A program made the position numbers and the translations under genes. Source: Faecousia sp. (GTDB lineage Bacteria; Bacillota; Clostridia; Oscillospirales; Oscillospiraceae). From it: a DNA stretch of 64,000 nucleotides. The notes beneath the pieces were generated by a model. That model made no database searches. It had not been told where the DNA came from and worked only from the letters and a program-made list of their open reading frames with translations. Position 1 is the first letter of the stretch. Each line of letters starts with the position of its first letter. This document shows positions 55,069 to 64,000 of the stretch, in pieces. The stretch covers positions 20,229 through 84,228 of the forward strand of contig JAZSDS010000008.1 in NCBI GenBank assembly GCA_045531275.1. Direction: 5' to 3'.

Positions 55069-57477
55069 ATGACTGAAGATATGCAGCAACGTTTTATAGC
55101 CGCAAGACGGCGTTATATAGAAATCCAGTTTCAAAATCTGAATCAAATGCAGCGAAATGCAGTGCTGGCAACGGAAGGACCGCTTTTGCTCCTTGCAGGC
55201 GCAGGAAGCGGAAAGACAACGGTACTTATTAACAGAATTGCAAACCTGATCCGCTTTGGACGGGGCAGCGACAGCAATGAGATTCCCGACATCGTTTCTG
55301 ATGAGGATATTGAGTTTCTGGAATCTTTGGGAGAATTCGCGACAACGGAAGAACTTAGAAGGGCAGATTACCTGTGCGCTGTAGAGCCTGCTGCTCCGTG
55401 GAGCGTTTTGGCAATTACATTTACCAACAAGGCAGCAAATGAACTGAAGGATCGTTTGAACGATTTGTTGGGCGATTGTGCCCAGGATATCTGGGCAATG
55501 ACCTTCCACTCGGCATGTTGTCGGATTTTAAGACGGGAAATTGAGTGTTTGGGTTATAGCCGCAGCTTTACAATATACGATACAGCAGACTCGGAAAGGC
55601 TCATGAAAGGGATCATCAAGGATATGGGCCTTGATGACAAAACGTTTCCTGCAAAGTATGTCCTTTCCATCATAAGCAGACAAAAAGACAAGATGATTGG
55701 TCCCCAGGATATGCTAGCGCATATCCATGAGACTAATGACTTTCGCCTGCGTCATGTTGCAACAGCATATCAAAAATATCAGGCAAAGCTAAAGGAAAAC
55801 AACGCCTTGGATTTTGATGATATTATATTTAAGACTGTTGAGCTCCTTCAGGAGAACGAAGATGTCCGCACATATTATCAGCGAAAATTTCGATATGTTC
55901 TGGTTGACGAGTATCAGGATACAAACCATATGCAATATTTGCTCACATCACTTCTTGCAGGAGGATATGAGAATATATGTGTGGTTGGCGATGATGATCA
56001 GAGTATTTACCGTTTCCGTGGTGCCACTATCGAAAATATTCTCAGTTTTGAGGAACAATACCCCGGATCACGGACGATTCGCCTTGAACAGAATTACAGG
56101 TCCACGCAGGCAATCCTGAACGCAGCAAACGCAGTCATTGCCCACAATCTTGGAAGAAAAGGCAAACGCTTATGGACAGCAAATGATGGAGGGGATCCTA
56201 TCACTGTTTATGAGGCAAGCAATGAGAGCACTGAGGCCTCTTTTATAGCAAGTAGAATTATTTCTGCAGGGAATAACAGTAGTTTTAAGGATTATGCCAT
56301 ACTGTATCGCACAAATGCCCAGTCCAACGCTTTGGAATTTGCCATGAAAAGAAGTGGAATACCTTATCGGGTGATTGGCGGAACGCGCTTTTTTGATCGT
56401 GCAGAAGTAAAGGATATGCTGTCGTATCTGTGCGTGATCAATAATCCTACTGATGATCTGCGCCTGAGACGGATCATTAATAATCCGCCCAGAGGATTAG
56501 GCGCAAAAACCGTCGAAACAGCTGAGCGCATGGCTGCAGCGGAAGGCCGTGGACTGTATCACGTAGTATCTGATCCAGACTCCTACGGTCCGCTACAGAA
56601 AACATCTTCCAAATTCAGGCAGTTCACAGGTATGATCAGCGGACTGGCACAGTTGCTGAAGGACGGTATGTCCTTGCCTGAATTCTATGAAGAGGTTATG
56701 ATTCGTACCGGATACATTGAAATGCTCCAGTCAAAACCTACCGAGGAGAATATCACACGTCTGGAGAATATCAGAGAACTGAAATCCAGCATTCAAACCT
56801 ATGTACTGAATGCGGAGGTCCCGACTCTGGCAGGCTTCTTGGAGGAAATTGCTTTATACACCGATATCGAACAGTATAACGATGGTGATGATGCAATTGT
56901 GATGATGACTATGCATACCGCCAAAGGTTTGGAGTTTCCCCATGTGTTTCTTGCAGGATTTGAGGAAGGCCTGTTTCCTGGTATGCGTACCATTGGTGAT
57001 CCTGAGGAAATGGAAGAAGAGCGTCGTCTCTGCTATGTTGCAATTACCAGGGCTAAGAAGACCCTCACGATTTCCTACGCTAAGCAAAGAATGTTGTATG
57101 GTAGAACAAACGCATCCTTACCGTCCAGATTCCTGAAGGAAATCCCAGAGAGTGTTATTGTTCGGAAGGGTGGTTATCATAACGCAACTGCGGCAGCATC
57201 AGGGTTCGGTAATGACTATTCCTATAATAACGGTTATGCTCCTCAAAAAACCAACGCAGTAATCAGCGATTTTGCCAGAACACCAACTCCGGCGCAAAAG
57301 TCAGCCTACATAGAACTGAATAAGGGCGATATGGTACAACATACGGCTTTTGGTAAAGGAATGGTGCTGTCTGTAATGCGCATGGGCGGTGACGCCCTTT
57401 TGGAGATCGCTTTTGATGATATCGGAACAAAAAAGCTGATGGCTAAAACAGCGTCTGCCCATATGAAGCGGCTGTGA
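55069..57477 (+). CDS. pcrA: ATP-dependent DNA helicase PcrA (UvrD family) with C-terminal Tudor-like domain
   Basis: Motifs AGAGSGKT, DEYQDTN, YRST and TMHTAKGLEF, plus C-terminal GDMVQHTAFGKGMV. Confidence 0.9.
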   Translation: MTEDMQQRFIAARRRYIEIQFQNLNQMQRNAVLATEGPLLLLAGAGSGKTTVLINRIANLIRFGRGSDSNEIPDIVSDEDIEFLESLGEFATTEELRRADYLCAVEPAAPWSVLAITFTNKAANELKDRLNDLLGDCAQDIWAMTFHSACCRILRREIECLGYSRSFTIYDTADSERLMKGIIKDMGLDDKTFPAKYVLSIISRQKDKMIGPQDMLAHIHETNDFRLRHVATAYQKYQAKLKENNALDFDDIIFKTVELLQENEDVRTYYQRKFRYVLVDEYQDTNHMQYLLTSLLAGGYENICVVGDDDQSIYRFRGATIENILSFEEQYPGSRTIRLEQNYRSTQAILNAANAVIAHNLGRKGKRLWTANDGGDPITVYEASNESTEASFIASRIISAGNNSSFKDYAILYRTNAQSNALEFAMKRSGIPYRVIGGTRFFDRAEVKDMLSYLCVINNPTDDLRLRRIINNPPRGLGAKTVETAERMAAAEGRGLYHVVSDPDSYGPLQKTSSKFRQFTGMISGLAQLLKDGMSLPEFYEEVMIRTGYIEMLQSKPTEENITRLENIRELKSSIQTYVLNAEVPTLAGFLEEIALYTDIEQYNDGDDAIVMMTMHTAKGLEFPHVFLAGFEEGLFPGMRTIGDPEEMEEERRLCYVAITRAKKTLTISYAKQRMLYGRTNASLPSRFLKEIPESVIVRKGGYHNATAAASGFGNDYSYNNGYAPQKTNAVISDFARTPTPAQKSAYIELNKGDMVQHTAFGKGMVLSVMRMGGDALLEIAFDDIGTKKLMAKTASAHMKRL

Positions 57478-57520
57478 TTTAGCCTACACAAATGCATATA
57501 CTCCCTTGAGGGGGGATTTT

Positions 57521-60119
<2,599 letters not shown>

Positions 60120-60126
60120 ATGATAG

Positions 60127-60158
60127 CGCCGGAATGTACGCATACATTCCGGCGTTTT
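60127..60158. terminator. bidirectional terminator between ligA and the convergent small ORF
   Basis: GCGCCGGAATGTA-CGCA-TACATTCCGGCG followed by TTTT. Confidence 0.75.
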
Positions 60159-60159
60159 A

Positions 60160-60369
60160 TTACAGGGAAAAATCTCCACTGTCATATTTGTTAAAATCAG
60201 AGGCTTTTGGTTTTAAGGGGATCCGTTTGCAGGGGTCGTAAGTAAATTTTCTACATGATTTATCGATACGCACAATTCCCTTTTTTATACAGAGCACTTC
60301 GTCGTCGTTGATTTTTGTGCCGTGGATACAATAGCTGCATGAACGGGGAAGTTTTTTACGAAATAACAT
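60160..60369 (-). CDS. hypothetical small Cys-rich protein (69 aa)
   Basis: ATG 60369 lies 7 nt after AGAGG. There are five Cys residues including CSYC. It sits about 40 nt downstream of ylbJ. Confidence 0.5.
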   Translation of the reverse strand: MLFRKKLPRSCSYCIHGTKINDDEVLCIKKGIVRIDKSCRKFTYDPCKRIPLKPKASDFNKYDSGDFSL

Positions 60370-60411
60370 AAAATACCTCTGAAAGTATAATTTTTGTTCA
60401 TTATACACCAA

Positions 60412-61425
60412 CTATCTGCAGATTGCTACAACTTTTTTTCTTTTGTTCAAATATAAAGTAATCGCAAGTATAAAACATATGGGAATCGGCAGACAGATGG
60501 GGGGGATTTGCATTATCTGGTTGGCTGGGAATAAAACATATTGGCAAATGACGGACAGTATAAAGGATATTGCGCATTGCAGAAGTTTTCCCGGGAAATA
60601 GAAACCACGACCGGTTTGTTTTGTTACTGCCACAGTTTGCATGGCAACACAAATTCCGCCAAGACTGAGGAAACAGGAGGCAAAAACAAATCGCATTCCA
60701 TTGCTAACGATAGAGCCCAATGCATGACTGCCGTTTGACAGCTCAAGGATTCCAGTTATAAAGACCTGTATTTCATGTGGAAGCAACCAAAGAATCCACC
60801 TTTGGAAATAAGCAAGCATAACGCGGAATAGAACCACCCAGCTGCATATGTTTGCCATTGTGCGAAGGCTCTTTTCGGCTGCATCAATGATAGAAAAGAC
60901 TTGCGCACCGCTTATCTTGCATCGATCTGCTGTGTTTCCTGGAAGGAGAATACCGACAGTTATGGCGGAAAGAATCTGGATAAACCACAATATCCATGCT
61001 GCAATCGAATTGGGAAATAAACCACCCATCATCCCAAAAATAAACGCTGGACCAGCATTGTTGCAAAAGCCAAGCATACGTCTTGCGTTTTGATTGGAAA
61101 TTTGACCTTTTTTGAATGCGCTGTTAATGCACTGTGCGCCAATTGGATAACCACCAAGTAAACCCAGGATAAAAATTGTTTCTGCCCCCTCCGGTATTTT
61201 ACATAGTCTGCCAATAGGATGCAGAATACGGACGGACTCCCCAAGGATAGTTGAAACGATGATAGATGAAAGGATCAGGAACGGAAATAGTGATGGGATA
61301 ACGCTGTTTAAGCAAAGCAGGATACCCTCTTTGGCACCGCCAACAGCGGTTTTTGCATCCAGTATCAGAAATGCTAGAGTGATCACGGCAATGATGCTTG
61401 TCCATAACCTTCTATCGCGCCTCAT
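60412..61425 (-). CDS. ylbJ: sporulation integral membrane protein YlbJ (nucleoside-recognition/Gate domain)
   Basis: Multi-TM. AKEGILLCLNSVIPSLFPFLILSSII and GLLGGYPIGAQ are typical of YlbJ. The start is placed at ATG 61425 after GAGGTG. Confidence 0.75.
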   Translation of the reverse strand: MRRDRRLWTSIIAVITLAFLILDAKTAVGGAKEGILLCLNSVIPSLFPFLILSSIIVSTILGESVRILHPIGRLCKIPEGAETIFILGLLGGYPIGAQCINSAFKKGQISNQNARRMLGFCNNAGPAFIFGMMGGLFPNSIAAWILWFIQILSAITVGILLPGNTADRCKISGAQVFSIIDAAEKSLRTMANICSWVVLFRVMLAYFQRWILWLLPHEIQVFITGILELSNGSHALGSIVSNGMRFVFASCFLSLGGICVAMQTVAVTKQTGRGFYFPGKLLQCAISFILSVICQYVLFPANQIMQIPPICLPIPICFILAITLYLNKRKKVVAICR

Positions 61426-61509
61426 AAGAACCACCTCAATAAGAATCTATGTGATTGGGTTAAAAACATCACATATATCTCATAGAATACAAAAAAAGGA
61501 GGTACGGCA

Positions 61510-61794
61510 GTGGGCAGACGAGGAAATTTTTTTGATCGTGCTGCGTTGGGGGCTGATTTGCCGGCAGAGACTGCGCCTACGCAGACGTTGATAGAAATTG
61601 CTGGAGAACACAGAGTCTTAGTAGAAAATCACAAGGGAGTTACGGTATACGGTTGCAACCGGATTCATATAAAGTCCACATATGGGTTGGTTTGTGTTTG
61701 TGGAAATAATCTTAAACTTGCCCGTATGACAAAGCAGCAACTTGTGATTACAGGCAGAATTGAGGGCGTTTCATTGCTGAGGGGGCAAAACTAA
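61510..61794 (+). CDS. yqfC: sporulation protein YqfC (YabP/YqfC family)
   Basis: GTG start after AAGGAGG. The translation LIEIAGEHRVLVENHKGVTVYG...I.ITGRIEGVSL fits the family. yqfD-phoH follow, as in B. subtilis. Confidence 0.8.
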   Translation: MGRRGNFFDRAALGADLPAETAPTQTLIEIAGEHRVLVENHKGVTVYGCNRIHIKSTYGLVCVCGNNLKLARMTKQQLVITGRIEGVSLLRGQN

Positions 61795-62991
61795 ATGGGG
61801 ATCCTGGGTTCCTTAATGGGAATATACACGGTTGAAATAACAAGCGCAGCTACCGCGGAACTGTTAACAGCGATCAATGACGTAGGAATCATATTTCTTG
61901 ATATTATACAAACCGGGCAGCTAACTCTACAGGGATCAGTCTATATAAGTGATTACAAACGCCTGTGTCAATTAGTCCAGTCAAGAGGGGAAGAGGTAGT
62001 ACTCCTAAAAAAACGGGGGCTGTATTGGACACTATTTCGTTTGAAAAAACGTCCGATCCTTTTGGTTGGCTTGGTTATTTATGCCGCATTGATATTTTAC
62101 ATACCAACACGTGTGTTTGTGGTCAGGGTTGAGGGAAATAAGACGATACCAACACAAAAAATACTGGAGGATGCAGAGCGTTGTGGAATATATTTTGGTG
62201 CACTAAGACGGGATGTTAGAAGTGAAAAAATGAAAAATGCCTTGCTCGCAGCAATTCCACAACTGCAGTGGGCTGGAGTCAACACAATGGGGTGTGTTGC
62301 TGTAATATCTGTTGAAGAGAAGACGATCCCTTCAGAAAAAGAAGCAGATGGAGCCGTCAGCAGTATTGTTGCAAGACGGGATGGTATTATTTCTGAAGTT
62401 ACTGTAATGCGGGGAAATGCTCTTTGTAAGGTGGGTCAGGCAGTCCATGCAGGGCAAGTGCTGGTTTCCGGCTATACCGATTGTGGCATTTCAATTGCGG
62501 TTTCAAGGGCTCAGGCAGAAATATATGCGCAGACCAGGCGTGAAATTGAAGCCGTTACACCGACTTCCTACATCAAAAGGGGTGAGTTCAAGGAAGAAAC
62601 AACACGGTATAGTCTGCTTCTTGGAAAAAAAGTTATAAATTTATTTAAAGATAGTGGAATTTCAGATAGTAGTTGTGTTAAAATGTATAAAGAGTATTAT
62701 TTGACATTACCGGGTGGATTTCAACTTCCGGTTGCGTTAATGCGTGAAGATCTGATATATTATGATTTACAGACCGACAGTATTTCACAGTCGAATGAAT
62801 GCTCATGGCTGGACAGTCAGTGTGAAAAATATATATTGGATCAAATGGTGGCCGGAAGGATACTAAACAACCATAAGGTCACCGAATATCATGAGGATAT
62901 TGTTTGCCAATATAATCAATACGCCTGTGTAGAAATGATCGGTCAGGTTCGCAGCGAGGAGATAATTAAAGGGAATGGAACAGGGAATTGA
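61795..62991 (+). CDS. yqfD: sporulation protein YqfD
   Basis: 398 aa with a central TM helix (ILLVGLVIYAALIFYI) and YqfD-like organisation. The synteny is conserved. Confidence 0.8.
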   Translation: MGILGSLMGIYTVEITSAATAELLTAINDVGIIFLDIIQTGQLTLQGSVYISDYKRLCQLVQSRGEEVVLLKKRGLYWTLFRLKKRPILLVGLVIYAALIFYIPTRVFVVRVEGNKTIPTQKILEDAERCGIYFGALRRDVRSEKMKNALLAAIPQLQWAGVNTMGCVAVISVEEKTIPSEKEADGAVSSIVARRDGIISEVTVMRGNALCKVGQAVHAGQVLVSGYTDCGISIAVSRAQAEIYAQTRREIEAVTPTSYIKRGEFKEETTRYSLLLGKKVINLFKDSGISDSSCVKMYKEYYLTLPGGFQLPVALMREDLIYYDLQTDSISQSNECSWLDSQCEKYILDQMVAGRILNNHKVTEYHEDIVCQYNQYACVEMIGQVRSEEIIKGNGTGN

Positions 62992-63991
62992 ACGCATTGT
63001 CAATGCCGACAGGGTAGAGGATATTATCTCTGTATTTGGCTCCTTTGACGAGAATATTAAGAGAATTGAAGAAGCGCTTCAAGTTAGTATTATTAACAGG
63101 GGAAACGAACTAAAGATCACCGGCGATGTGGAGTCTACTGATAAAGCATGCCGAACATTGGAGGGACTTTTGTCTCTTGCTGCAAAGGGAGAAACCATTG
63201 ATGAACAGCGGGTGCGTTATTTAATTACCCTAGTAAAAGAAGGTAACGACGCGCAGGTAGAGCAGATGGCCAAGGATGTTGTTTGTATCACAGCAAAAGG
63301 TAAGCCTATCAAGGCAAAAACCGTTGGACAGCAGAACTATATGAAGGCCATTTCTAAGAATACCATTACAATTGGCGTTGGTCCTGCCGGTACAGGCAAG
63401 ACATATCTGGCTGTTGCTGCTGCCGTGGCAGCATTTAGGGCCCGTACAGTCAACAGGATCATATTAACACGCCCGGCTGTGGAAGCCGGAGAGCGGCTTG
63501 GTTTTTTGCCTGGCGATCTGCAGAATAAGGTTGATCCCTATCTGCGCCCTTTGTATGATGCGCTTTACGATATGTTAGGTGCCGAAACCTTTCAAAAATA
63601 CCAGGAGCGGGGTTCTATAGAGGTTGCGCCCCTGGCATATATGCGCGGCAGGACATTGGACGATAGCTTTATAATCCTGGATGAAGCACAAAATACTACA
63701 AGAGAACAAATGAAGATGTTCCTGACGCGTTTGGGTTTTGGGTCAAAAATTGTTATAACCGGTGATGTTACACAGATCGATCTGCCCCGGGATAAAGTTT
63801 CCGGACTTAAGGACGCTGTCCGCGTTCTTGATGGCGTGAAAGATATTGCGATCTGTAGGCTGACATCTGCAGATGTTGTCCGCCACGCCCTTGTCCAGGA
63901 AATTATAAATGCCTATGAACGATATGACAAGAAGAAAGAAATCAAAAAACCTGACACCCAATTGCATGGGCGTTTTCAAAGGAAGAAATGA
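62975..63991 (+). CDS. phoH: PhoH-family ATPase
   Basis: Walker A GPAGTGKTYLA, Walker B FIILDEAQN and ITGDVTQIDLP. Confidence 0.9.
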   Translation: MEQGIERIVNADRVEDIISVFGSFDENIKRIEEALQVSIINRGNELKITGDVESTDKACRTLEGLLSLAAKGETIDEQRVRYLITLVKEGNDAQVEQMAKDVVCITAKGKPIKAKTVGQQNYMKAISKNTITIGVGPAGTGKTYLAVAAAVAAFRARTVNRIILTRPAVEAGERLGFLPGDLQNKVDPYLRPLYDALYDMLGAETFQKYQERGSIEVAPLAYMRGRTLDDSFIILDEAQNTTREQMKMFLTRLGFGSKIVITGDVTQIDLPRDKVSGLKDAVRVLDGVKDIAICRLTSADVVRHALVQEIINAYERYDKKKEIKKPDTQLHGRFQRKK

Positions 63992-64000
63992 ATATGCGAA

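Overview
This window looks like a mostly housekeeping chromosomal segment of an endospore-forming Firmicute, probably Clostridia-like. Sporulation genes present are spoIID, spoIIAA-spoIIAB-sigF, yqfC-yqfD, ylbJ, yunB and ytfI/ytfJ-like. I can support about 60 protein genes. They include purD(partial)-purL; a Znu/Adc-type metal ABC importer followed by trmO; ylxM-ffh-rpsP-khpA-rimM-trmD; scpA-scpB; dnaX-ebfC-recR; glnN; valS; pcrA-yunB-ligA; and phoH. RNA features are a large Bacillus-type SRP RNA directly upstream of dnaX, one tRNA-Leu(GAG) with a textbook promoter and terminator, and a T-box leader in front of valS. I saw no transposase, integrase, CRISPR array, reverse transcriptase or recognisable defence gene, so most of the window is ordinary core genome. 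Two loci deserve a second look. (1) At 44993-48385 a diaminobutyrate (DABA) aminotransferase gene sits in line with a divergent MurT-like ligase and a GatD-like subunit. By my by-eye alignment, this subunit has lost the glutaminase Cys and His. That suggests a cell-wall carboxylate-modifying system that may use an amine other than glutamine-derived ammonia. (2) At 19601-19912 a 312-bp spacer between two convergent genes is bounded by 37/39-nt inverted repeats that each begin exactly 3 nt after a stop codon. It contains nested helices and a bidirectional terminator, so it is a candidate MITE/REP-like element or structured RNA. Several ORF-track start codons were moved to downstream ATG/GTG codons that have Shine-Dalgarno sequences. 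All family assignments come from reading the translations, not from database searches.
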